Assembly (NCBI GenBank): GCA_010909165.1
Contig: MU008161.1
Coordinates: forward strand, 2,046,001 to 2,110,000
Direction of reading: 5' to 3'
Length of the DNA stretch: 64,000 nt
Source of the DNA: Anthoceros angustus
Taxonomy: Eukaryota; Plantae; Anthocerotophyta
Below the pieces are notes generated by a model that saw nothing but the letters and a program-made list of their open reading frames with translations, had not been told where the DNA came from and ran no database searches. A program made the position numbers and the translations under genes. Positions 35,546 through 47,810 of the stretch are shown here, one piece after another (the first letter of the stretch is position 1; the number at the start of each line of letters is the position of its first letter).

Positions 35546-38500
35546 AGTGTTTGCCGGCCCCACAGTGTCACACATTTCCCTGCTTCGTGGTAGGCCTGCT
35601 GTAAACATCAGATTCTCGTCTCCGTAGTGTGTGGAGCCACCGGTTGTTAATGCTCTACGTGGTTAATCCTGTAGTGTCCTACAAGGTTACTCTAGATCAA
35701 AATCCTAGTGTGAACTTCGATGTATACTTTAAAATATCTATGAGCTCAGCTTCCAATGGTCGTGTCCACTAGCGGGCCCTGCTAAGGTAACATTCTTCTC
35801 TTTCTCAACCTTAAACAACTAGACAACGATCTGTATGATATGTATTCAGGTGTAACAGCGTCGAGGTAGAAAGGGGTTTCTCCAGTAACCCCTATTTGCA
35901 CACGGACTTCCGCGAACCCCAAATTGCAAGTTGAAAAATCCACAATGAAAACGGCCGTTGTGAAGAGTTTAGGTCTTATTTAGGGCAAGTATGCACGCAC
36001 TTACCTCCAAAAACTGGATTTTTTTGTATTTTTTAGATTTTCCACCTATTTTTTATGAGAAATAAACCGCATGGGTTCATGCCCCTAGGGCCTTCTTCTA
36101 GAACAAGTGCACGCATTAGGCCCCTTGCCCCTACGTGCGCACATCTGAATCTTCTTGTCCCCAAGTGCGGAAACATGTTTGCGCACCTAGATCTTCCTGC
36201 TCACTTTGCGTAAACAAGCTTGCACACTACTATGTTGGGTGCACAAATTTGTTTGCGCACTCAATCTTATTCCATCCGTTTTTTAACAACAACACTTGTA
36301 TGGCATGAACGGAGGACATGTAAAAATAACGTGTAACTCACGGTTTTGATTATCTTCACCCCTTCAAAATTGCGGTGCCCAACCATGGATGTGGCACATC
36401 GTGACCAAATGACCATGTAGGGTTTGGCACCACAGGTTTGAACATCACATTTAAATTAGCAAACATCCTTTAAAAAAGTCTAAAAAAAAGATATTTTTTG
36501 CCTAAAAAAAGACAATATTTTACCCATAACCCCCTATTGCCGAAGAAATCCCTTACAAGAATGTCTCGTATGTCACTATTTCTAAAACCTAATTGTAAGC
36601 GAGTTAGGTATGAAAATTAGAATTATCCACTATGTTCCACTTGAGTCTGCTGCTCCCAATCCTATAGGAGGTTTGAACATGGTCATTGCAAGAATAATTG
36701 GGAGCTTAGCTTGCCTTTAATTTTCTATGCCATGTTATTTTTGCATGGGACTGTATGATGAATCTAATTATCACACATACCTAACAAATAAAAGGGAGGG
36801 GAAGTGTGGATTTAAAAAGTTGTCAAATATTTCCATAAATGTTGATATAGAAATTATTAAAATTGCATTAGAAGAGTTGTAAAATGCATGTTCTCATATT
36901 CGAATATGTGCCCAATAGCGCCACCCGCTTGTCGGGGGTAGGCCTTTGAATGATGCTACGTGTTTGCTTGGACACAAGCTTGAATAGTACCACTGGCTTG
37001 CTTTGGTCCAGGCTTGAATAACACACCCGCAAGCTCGGGCGCAACGTCTTATAGTGCTATGCGTTTGCCTAGGAGAGGACTCGAATAGAATCGCATGCTT
37101 GCTCGAGGAGGTTGGAATAACATACCCTACTGAATGGAATGTGGTGAGAAACTCGATACAATACAAAGATTTTTTATTAGGAATGATGTTAGAAATAATA
37201 ATGTTGTACTCATACAATATTACGCTTATTATAGTAGAACATAAACTAGGAGCATAACTACTATATTAGATTATAAATCAAGAACATAAGCTATAAGATA
37301 CAAGTCTAGAAATGGTAGCTACCCTAATGTTTTTATAAACGAGGATGTTAGAATGAAATAATGTGATTCTAAAATAGGCTATTGTTATTGTTATAGAAGA
37401 TCTAAAGTAGCATTGTTCATTCTCCTTAGTCTATAAAGCTCGACCTTGTACACAACTTACATATTCTCGTTTGACATCAATGCTTGTTTTTAAACAAAGC
37501 TTAGGAGCCACGTCAATCCCCGTTGAATTGAGGTGCACTCGATTCCCTCTTGCAAAGCGTTTAAGTGTAAGATCTTACATATCTGTATCTGACACTTTGA
37601 CAGATACTAAACATTGGATCCAATTTCTTGTAGTTGTGATCTTTTTTTGCACCCATTTTTCTTCCTCAAAGCCTCCTTAAGCTTCTTTAAGCTCTTCCTA
37701 GAATTTATAAGACTTTTTGCCTCTACTCGTTTTTCAGGTTTTGCATAAGTAACTCCTTGAGTAAGATCTTTTTCGCACGAAAAGGACACATACAAGTCAA
37801 GAAAAATTTTGGACGAACAATGGCGGACGCAAACGATATTATATTGGCAGCAACAACGTTGGTCAATATAAAGACTGATGAACACAGCAAAAGTGAGTTA
37901 GAAAAGTTGGCTAACTTGAGGGCTAACCCCTTCCATATCAATGACATGCCAACTACCAATAACGTGGAGACTAGTCCTCCCAATATTGGTAATGCAGAGG
38001 TTAACACTCTGCCAGCCCTAAGGAAATTGAAAAGAAGTAAGCCGCAAAAGCGTAAAACGGGAGATCAAGCAAAGGAGGCCAAGTCACTTGACAAATAAAA
38101 ATGTTGTGAAGACTGCGTGTACTAGTAATTTTTTTTTTTCACATTGTATATTTTTTGTTCTTTAATATAGTATGTATTTTATGTTACTTGTAATGATATT
38201 TGTAGATATATTTACTATGCATATTAAATCTTATTATTTAAAATATAATTTTCATAAACTATATATAGAATATGGAATACCGATCTGGTCACACGGGAGT
38301 GTGTGTGTGACTTTCTTTTTTTTCGGTGTACGCTACGAGGATATGCCACGGAATCTTTTCGATACTCACGTATAATACACGTATAATACGTGCCACGCCA
38401 GCTTCACGCAGGTTACGTGCGGGAAAAACATTCTATCACCGTTCATCGGCACGGTGTTGGTGGTGTCATCTGATCTTTTGATAGCGGTGTTAGGGTTTTC

Positions 38501-38574
38501 ATCGGGTCTACACACAAACATGGCGGGCAACACATACTACACAGAACTTTGTTCGGTATGGCCCGGTTCGCACA

Positions 38575-39500
38575 CCGTCCTCCGCTTACATCGCTTTCAC
38601 TATATATACGGGAAGGATGGATGTGGGAGCGATCCCTACGTTCGTGTGCTTGACTACTAACATGCTTGTTGTGCTTGCGATTGGATGTATGGGGCGACTT
38701 GAGACCCGTGATCGTAATTTGCATCGCATGCATGCATCACCAACTGGGTGGGCAGCGCAAATCCTCCGCTTACATCTTTCACTCACGAAGGGCGGATGTG
38801 GGAGGCGATCCCTTTGGTGTGCTTGACTACTAACATGCTTGTGTTGTGCTTGCGATTGGATGTATGGGGCGACTTGAGACGAGCGTCGTAATTACGCATG
38901 CATGCGGCATCCTTGGTGGGCAGCGCACCAAATCCTCCGCTTTCACATGTTGCTTTCACTATATATGCAGGAAGGACAGGATGTGGGAGCAGTCCCTACG
39001 TTTCGGTGTGCTTGACTACTAACATGCTTGTGTTGTGCTTGCAGTTGGATGTATGGGGACGGACGGACGATCGTAATTTACATCTGGCACTGCATCCGCT
39101 GGTGGGCGGCGCACCAAATCCTCCGCTTTCACATGTTGCTTTCACTATATATGCGGGAAGGATGATGTGGGAGCATCCCTACGTTCGGTGTGGTTGATTA
39201 CTAACATGCTTGTGTTGTGCTTGCGGTGGATGTATATGACTTGAGACGAAGATGATCGTAATTTGCATCGCATCCACGCATCACGGCTGGGTGGGCGGCG
39301 CACCGCAAATCCTCCGCTTTCACATGTTGCTTTCACTATATATGCGGGAAGGAGATGATGTGGGAGCGGTCCCTACGTTTGGTGTGGTTGATTACTAACA
39401 TGCTTGTGTTGTGCTTGTGGATGTATGTACGACTTGAGACGAAGATGATCATCGTCACTTCCATCGGCATCCGCACTTGTCAGCGGTGGGTGGGCGAGCA
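38575..39500 (+). repeat. ~180 bp tandem array (about 5 copies), each containing TACTAAC...TTGTGCTTGC(A)G
   Basis: Units recur at about 38655, 38827, 39017, 39199 and 39393 (ACTAACATGCTTGT). Confidence 0.85.
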
Positions 39501-40171
39501 TCCAACACCCTCTTCCTCATCTTTGCATCTGTGCCAGCAGTAGCGACCAGCGTGTCTTAGGAGGCGGTACATGTGGGGACGAACTCTACCGCTTTTTACG
39601 CGAGCATATTAGGTGATGGACGGGCGTGTCTGCGTGTTGCTCCTTTGCTTCACTTTTTGTTGATCGGCGGCCGATCTTGGAATGCAAGTGCTGCTGCGAG
39701 CAAATTGAGAAGGATTTCGCAAATGGGATGCTCATACAACCTCGGAAATGAAGGAAATTCGCTCACACACATCTTCAAGTGCCATTCATGCTGTTGCGGT
39801 TGTTTCCCTAGCGTTCCACCTTTGTTTCTCGTTTTTATGCGGCATGGCGGGACTCACATTGTGCAAGGGTCTTGCTTTTCGAGCAACATGACAAGGATTT
39901 CGCCGAGGACCCCTCATACGGCATCGGCAAGGAAGGAACCCCTCTTGATGCGGCATTCAGCCTCGGAAAGGATAGATTTTCAAGTGCAGCGACATTTGGC
40001 GGTCACAATGATGTGTCTTGGCGGTGATTCTGATCTACTTGTCCTTAGGATCGGAATCTCTAGGCCGTGGAACACAACCTTGAAGCAACAAAACAAACCA
40101 AAAAGCCAACACTTGCGCGGTCCTCAAGCTTGCACAATTGCCCACACCACAAGAAGCACATGTTCAAGTTC

Positions 40172-40320
40172 GCAAAACACCTACCTACCAAAAATCCTAC
40201 AAACTTCTCAAAACACCTACCTACCAAAAATCCTACAACCTTCTCAAAACACCTACCAAAAATCCTACAACCTTCTCCGCTCAAAACACCTACCTACCAA
40301 AAATCCTACAATCTTCTCGC
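40172..40320 (+). repeat. ~36 bp minisatellite (AAAACACCTACCTACCAAAAATCCTACAACCTTCTC) x4
   Basis: Directly visible. Confidence 0.9.
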
Positions 40321-40989
40321 TCACTCTGGAAAGAGTCGAAGAGCGGGGCCTCCATCCTCTTGTGCCCGGTCATGGCCCCTCCGCTTAGAGCTCGGTGGGC
40401 GCTCGGCGACTGAGCCCACAGGGAAGGGCACTGCGGCCAAGGCATACCGAGGCGAGGTGCCGCGTCTGTGGGTGGAGGTGGAGGTGGAGCAAGCAGCATC
40501 CCACATGAAATGGAAAGGTGGGTGCGGGGAAAGGGAGAGGTGGGGGAGGAGGGAGGGTCTCGTCGTGACTCCTTGACCATTGAAGCGGTACGCTGGTCGT
40601 TCATGATATCCATGACGCCGCACTCGGGCTTCCACTTGCATGTTAGGGGCGCAGGGGCATCCTCTCCAACATGCCCTCCACCTCATTGCGGCGCAACCTA
40701 AGGTCGCGGACCTTCTCCACGACCTCAGCCCGGCGTGGCCGCGCCACTCATGGGCTGCATCGATGGCAATCAACGATGCTCGAGTGGTCGCCATGATGCC
40801 CCAAAACTCCTCGGCGAGGCTCACGAGGCCGCCTTGGGATGTGCTGCCCGTTCTTCTGGTGCTCGCACGGTGCTCCTCAGCGGCCGGAGCACCGGAGTTC
40901 GCACCTCGGCCTCGGCCCCCTCCATCTTCCCCTCCCGACTTGCGTCCTCCTCGAGGCTTAGGTTTGCCGCCGCGGTCACCCTCTTCTTT

Positions 40990-42060
40990 TCCGCCCACAA
41001 ACCCAGCCTCCGGCTCCACGGTGAGCTCGGCCAACTCTGCTCTTAGAGTGGCCGCCTCATCCTTGATTCGCCTCCCAAGCAGCGCTCAATCTTGACGGCT
41101 CCACATCGGTGTGCAGTGCGGACGAAATTGCCATCCGAATCATAGATGATTCGTGTAGCTGCTCGTCGACGCCTTCAACACGCAACCACCAACCCATCAT
41201 GCGGCTATTAGCATTGTTGTTAGTCCCATATGCAACCAAACACCAAGCACGGTGTGCTTTTACGTCAGTCCTCGAGATTTCGCCTTGCCCTCCACACCTC
41301 CCTCGCCATTCAACGCCCCCACCGCATCCTCCCCTCGAGGCCCTTGTGGCATCCACCCCTCCGGCCGCGCCTGCCACAACCTCCTTGCGGGCGCTGCAGT
41401 CTTGGCCTCGCCACCTCAGCCCTCACGCCTCCTCCGACCACCAGCCGGAGGCCGGCAGAGGAGCTCCGCCCTCCCGGGCTGCCGCCACCTCCGGCCGCGC
41501 CGCCACCTCCGGCCGCGCCGCCCATGCCTCCTCCGACGCCATGGTCGCGGGCGCCGCCACACTGTCCCGGCGGGCTCAAGCCTCGTGCTGCGCCCCAGTG
41601 CACCCACCGCTGCCGCCACCTCCGGCTCCACGGTGAGCTCGGCCAACTCTGCTCTTAGAGTGGCGCCGCCCATGCCTCCTCCATGGCGCAATCCTCCGAC
41701 GCCATGGTCGCGGGCGCCGCCACCTCCGGCCATGGTCGCGGGCGCCGCCACCTCCGGCACCATCTCCCTCCGGAGCGGCGGCGGCCGCGCCGCCACCGGC
41801 GCCCGGCGTCGCGGTGCCGCTGCTTCCTCGGCGGCGCGGTGCTCCGCCATGCCGCTTGCGGCTGGTGGGGCGCTCGCGGCGCCTCCTCCTCCTCCTCAGC
41901 ATGCAGGCGCGCGAGGAGGTCCTCCATGCCCTCCACCTCCCCCCTTTGTTGGTGTAGCCTCCTCCATGGCGCAATCCTCCGACGCCATGGTCGCGGGCGC
42001 CGTCGACCTCCATCTCCTCCCCTTCGCCGCCGCCGCCCATGCCTCCTCTCCTTCCTGCAG
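40990..42060 (-). repeat. Low-complexity GC-rich coding-like repeats (ATLRAELAELTVEPE x2; APATMASEDCAMEEA-type x3-4)
   Basis: CTCCGGCTCCACGGTGAGCTCGGCCAACTCTGCTCTTAGAGTGG at ~41008 and ~41620. CGACGCCATGGTCGCGGGCGCCG at ~41534, ~41697 and ~41980. Confidence 0.6.
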
Positions 42061-42807
42061 TTGGAAATGGATGAACACTCCACAGCAGGCGCCTTCTTGT
42101 ACCAAGGCCGCAAGCTCTCAAAACTTGCGTCCCAATAAATGTTGTGGATGCCAAGTGGTTTTGTAGCATTTTAAATGGCCTCCCCTACCAGCTGGCTTTG
42201 GCAGCTGCCACATGTGATTTATTGCGCTCCCAGTGCAGCAGCTGCTACTCGTTGTCCAACCTCAGCGATCTGCGGTTGCATGGCAGCCTTCTGCACCTGC
42301 CGCCGGCTGAAGATGCGGTTGCCAATGCCACTCCCCGCCTGCCGCTTTGAACGACCGTCGTTGATGACCGCCGGTCTTCAATAGCTGCCACTCGCAGTGC
42401 ACATTTCCCGAAGTTGCAGCGTTTGCTGCCTTCTCATGCCAAATACATTATATAATGCCACTTTATTCCTTTGCATTGAACATCACATGTATCAAAAGCA
42501 GCGGCTGCCGGTCCATGTGTTGTAGCGGCTACCTCAAACTGGTATTTGGAGTACGACAGGCGAGGCTTCATATTGTGTAGCTCCATGGCATCAAAGACGG
42601 TGCATCCTACTTGAACATCACGCCTTCCCGGCTAATATGGCTGCACTAGTCACTCCCGCCTTGTGCATCAACCACTCTTATAACCCATAGCGGTGGCGCT
42701 ATAGCCGACCTTTGAGTACCGCCATGGGCGGCAAGTTCAAAACTATCGCTGCTGGTTGCAAACCCCGCAATGACAATCCCGGCAACCTTTGAGCGACACC
42801 GCGTCCA

Positions 42808-45800
42808 TCATCCCATGCAATGGGGTCGCGCGCCTCTACCCAATGCTCCACCTTGGCGCCTCTCTCGCGGATATGGCTCCTTCATTGGACAACAGCGGAG
42901 GCGTCGCGGTAGCGCAATCCTCAAGGAAGCGGCAGAACCGCCTTCCCTCGCTTCCCACCGCTGCCGCCCCACTTCCATCCGTGCAAACCCATCCGGCCGC
43001 ATGCCCGGCAGCTCTGCACCACACTGGAATGCGATGGCCCATACTCGCCACTCGCTCGCCAATAGCAACCGTAGTGCATCTGCAGACCGGCGCCTTCCAC
43101 CCGCACATTTCGTGCAGTATTCTTGCTCCAACAATGTGCCACACCTTTGGCATCCATTGTACAGAACGAACCTTGTAATGTCAACGTGTTTCACCGTCGC
43201 CAGCACCACACATTCGCACGTCGTGCTATGTGTCTCCCCCCTCATCGCCAAGCAAACCTGGTCGATCGTCCACATCGCAGTGCCCTCCTCCTTCCACTGT
43301 GAGGCCGCACCGCCACCCATCTCACGCCTTTCAATGTCGCGCACCCCGAAATGCAAGGCCTCGCCGCAGATTCAACTTCCCGCCTTCCCGCCGCCTACCC
43401 GGCTTGAGGAGGCCCCGCGCTGCTCCATCTCACAGGCGCATGCCATCGGGCATGAGCCGCAATGGGGAGCGTGGTGTAGGGGTTCCGGTGGCTTTTTCCC
43501 GCTCCAGTCACGAACGGGTCGCGTCTCATCCACTTTTCATTCGTGGCTCGCACATACGGTGAAGCACTAAATTGGGCCTCACGATCGATCAACACGGCCT
43601 CGGCCCTTTCCACAAATGCACATTACCAAGCAGTAAGCGGAACCTCGAAACAATGCGGGTTGGCGACACCACAAACGCTCACGCGCTTCCACAGAGAGTT
43701 CATGCGGATGGCTTCGCCACCGCCGCCATGACCAGCTTTGAGACATAAAGGCGGAGGAGTGGAGGAGCACGTCTTTGCTCGCGTGCTTGCCCATACGTCA
43801 AGTGGCACCGCCACAACCATCGCAGACGGAGAAGTACACCTGCTTATGAAGGTGTACAAGCGCCGACTGCTCCGAATGTCATCTCCGTGACGGTTTCACG
43901 TAACATGTCCTTCAAGATCGGCAAGCAAGCGCCGAACTTGACGGCGAGAAATGCGTCCACCGCATCCATGTGTGGCATTGAAGAACTGCTCACACTCTCA
44001 AACGTGCACTTAGCCGTGGTCGGTACGCAGTGCGCCCTTCCACCCGCACATTTCGTGCGGTATTCTTGCTCCAACAATGTGCCACACCTTTGGCATCCAT
44101 TATGCAGCGAACTTGGTAATGTCAGCGTGTTTCACGTCGCCGGCACCACACATTCGCACGCCGTGCTATGTGTCTCCCCTCATCGCCAAGCAACCCGGTC
44201 GATCGTCCACATCGCAGTGCCCTCTTCCTCGTGACGCCACCGCCACCCATCTCACGCCAATGTCGCGCACCAAATGCAAGGCCTCCTCGCTGATTCAACT
44301 TCCCGCCTTCCCGCGCCTTCCGCCTCACTGGCTTGATTTGAGCGCCCGCGCTGCTCCATCTCACAGCGCATGCCATCGGGCATGAGCCGCAATGGGGAGC
44401 GTGGTGTAGGGGTTCCGGTGGCCTTTTTCCCGCTCCAGTCACGAGAACGGGTCGTCTCGTCCACTTTTCATTGATGGCTCGCACATACGGTGAAGCACTA
44501 AATTGGGCCTCGCCGAATCAACACGGCCTCGGCCCTTTCACAAATGCACACAAAAGCGGAACCTCGAAACAATGCGGGTTGGCGACACCACAAACGCTCA
44601 CGCGTTTCCACGAGAGTTCATGCGGATGGCTTCACCCGCGCCGCCATGACCAGCTTTGAGACATAAAGGCGGAGGTGTGGAGGAGCACGTCTTTGCTGCG
44701 GCGCTTGCCCACACGCCTAGTGGCACCTCGCCTCACAACCATCGGCATGCCGGAGAAGTACACCACACGGTTATGAAGGTGTACAAGCGACTGTCTCCGA
44801 ATGTCATCTCCGTGACGGTTTCACGTAACATGTCCTTCAAGATCGGCAAGCAAGCGCCGAACTTGACGCGAGAAATGCGTCCGGCCGCATCCATGTGTGG
44901 CATTGAAGAACCCGCTCACACTCTCAAACGTGCACTTAGCCGTGGTCGGTACGCAGTGCGCCCTTCCACCCGCACATTTCGTGCGGTATTCTTGCTCCAA
45001 CAATGTGCCACACCTTTGGCATCCATTATGCAGCGAACTTGGTAATGTCAGCGTGTTTCACGTCGCCGGCACCACACATTCGCACGCCGTGCTATGTGTC
45101 TCCCCTCATCGCCAAGCAACACGGTCGATCGTCCACATCGCAGTGCCCTCTTCCTTCCAGCGGCGCCACCACCCATCTCACGCCTTTCAATGTCGCGCAC
45201 CAAATGCAAGGCCTCCTCTGCGCGACATTCAACTTCCCGACTTCCGCCGCCTTTCACGGGCTTGATTTGAGCGCCCCGCGCTCGTTCCATCTCACAGGCG
45301 CATGCCATCGGGGCATGAGCCGCAATGGGGAGCGGGTGGTGTAGGGGTTCCGGTGTGGCCTTTTTCCCCGTTCCAGCGTCACGAGAACGGGTCGCATCTC
45401 TGTCCACTTTTCATTCAGTGGCTCGCACATACGGTGAAGCACTAAATTGGGCCTCGCTGACTGCACTGAACACGGCCTCTGGGCCCTTTCCACAAATGCA
45501 CATTACCAAGCAGACAAGCGGAACCTCGAAACAATGCGGGTTGGCGCACACCTAACGTTCACGCGTTTCCTGAGAGAGTTCATGCGGATGGCTTACATCA
45601 CCCGCGTCGCCATGACCAGCTTTGAGACATAAAGGCGGGAGGTGTGGAGGAGCACGTCTTTGCTGCGATTGCCATCCTTTCAGTGGCACTGCCTCACAAC
45701 CATCGGCAAGACGGAGAAGTACACCCATCGGTTATGAAGGTGTACAAGCGACTGTCTCCGAATGTCATCTCCGTGACGGTTTCACGTAACATGTCCTTCA

Positions 45801-47810
45801 AGATCGGCAAGCAAGCGTCGAACTTGGCAATCTGCGAAAACTGCATCCATGTGTGGCATTGAAGAACTGCTCACACTCTCAAGCGTGCACTCTCCTATGC
45901 GGTCGGCATAGCTCGCTTGTCGGTGTGCACCACATGTCGAAATCCCTCGCCCCAACCCACCCACGCGGGCACTTGGAGAACAAGTGTTGCTCCTGCGGCC
46001 TCGATGCGCGCCACCTTCCCCAACACATGCGATGGCTTGGTCGGCGGCGTGCTTGAAGAAATCCGGCAGCCTTTCGCCATGAGTGCATTGCCGTCGATAT
46101 GGCTGTTGCTCCTCCTCGCCCGGCGCTCACTTCGTGCGGTATGGCCATGTGTGGGTGGTGGACATGTCGACTTTGAAAGCCCTCTTCAATGTCTTCTCTG
46201 TGTCCTTCCACTCCTTGTGCACGCCATCCTTTTACGGAGCATGCGCTAGCGTCGCAAAGGTCATGGGACGGTGACCTCTATCGTGCGCACCATGTCTGAC
46301 GGTGGCGAAGAACATTGCACGCGGAGGGCCGCGCGCGGTAATCATCACAGTGCAAGTGGCGCTCCGTGGGCATGGTGGCGAACTTACCATCTTTGCGTTG
46401 CAGGGTCCGATGATGTCCGTTGGCGATGTGGTATTGGGTGGCCCCGTGACATTCCGTTCAAACACACCGTCCACAAATCGTCTTGGCGACTCCCGAACCG
46501 CCTCCATGCCTCGTGATGCCGTGTTGGCCGCCCGTCCGATGCCAACCTCCTGGAACACCTCCTCGATCCCCATACAGTCGTAAGCACCGCCGTGGAAATG
46601 GTCCGCCTCTTCCTTCCCATAGTGGAAATTGTCGCATTCGACACTCCATCGGCTTCCACCGCAGTGTTAGGTGGTCCTCAAATCGACGCTCCCTCGTCTG
46701 GCGCCTCTGATGCCTTATCCGTCACCGCAAACCGCGCATCTACGCCTTTGTCTTGCCTTCTTGGCGCCGTGGCGCCGCATACCATCATTGGGCGCCATCC
46801 TCGATCCGGGATCGGGGTGTGCATTGGATTCCACCAAGTGTGATGTGGTGCGTGCGATCGTAGCATCTCCTCCTCGTCTATTGCGAACCTCGTTGGTGGT
46901 CCTCGCATCTGCGCAACTCTTCCTCCGTGGTCCCAAGGTCCAGTCATCATCCAGTCCTCCAGCGATTGGCACCAATCCCTGGTGAAGCCCTCCTTGCGAA
47001 AAATCCTTGTATGGTGGTAATAACAATTCCATCCCATCCATCCTTTGCACCGGTGAATCTTGTGATATCGGTAGGTTCGTGCTTGCGCTTCTGCGCCGCA
47101 GCGTGCGCGGCGTCGCTTCGCCACCACCATACCGGCCTTCTCCTGCGGGCGACCCTAGTATCTCGAGCACCTCATGCGGTGGGCGCCATGGATGCCTTCC
47201 ACTTGCTGCGTTCGGCGGTGTCTTGGAGCTCCTCCACCGCCAAGAATGTTTTACGCCATGCGGCGGAGACTCCTCCGTTCCGCCTCGACCACCATGCTCC
47301 CCTTGCGCCGCGGCTTTCGCGTATCCGTTCGGGGCGGCCTTCACATGGACGCCGTGCGCGTGGCCGCGATTTTCACCTAGGCGCATTGTGTCGGATGCCC
47401 ACATCTCATGATGTCATTCTGTCACCGATTCGCGTCCACCACCAAGGTCCAGCGATGGTGGGCGTCATCCGTTGAACTCTCCCTCCCTCGCCGCGACCCT
47501 CCACCTCCCCGTCGCGCGTCGCGAGCCGCCCCTCGGTTGCCACCTCCATGTCTTGATCACCGCCAAGTCGTACACCTCGATGGCGCCGCGCTCGCTCTCG
47601 ATAGCCCCTTGCTGCGTGTGATGCACATCCCATATGTACAACATCATCACCGGTCCGCTCGCGACGCTGTGCCGCCGGAGGAAGACGACCGCATATATCG
47701 CCGACACACCTTGTGCGCGTGCGAGATGCAACCGTGGCATCCGCATAACGGCGTACCGGGCGCAGTCACCGAGATCGAACAGTGGGACCGCGTCGACGAT
47801 GGTCGCCACG
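42808..47810 (-). pseudogene. RPA70 (replication protein A large subunit)-like multi-OB-fold gene, frameshifted, with a triplicated 3' segment
   Basis: 42808-43356 reads VLATVKHVDITRFVLYNGCQRCGTLLEQEYCTKC..LRLLL..VWAIAFQCGAELPGM, matching RPA1 DBD-C (YxxCxxC..CxxC zinc finger, W-x-x-AF..GM). Weaker OB-like words lie upstream (QAIACVGKVARIE ~46010; LFDLGDCARYAVMRM ~47770). Confidence 0.55.
43095..45890. repeat. Three head-to-tail ~930 bp copies
   Basis: CCTTCCACCCGCACATTTCGTGC.GTATTCTTGCTCCAACAATGTGCCACACC at ~43093, ~44036 and ~44962. TCACGTAACATGTCCTTCAAGATCGGCAAGC at ~43895, ~44821 and ~45782. Confidence 0.9.
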
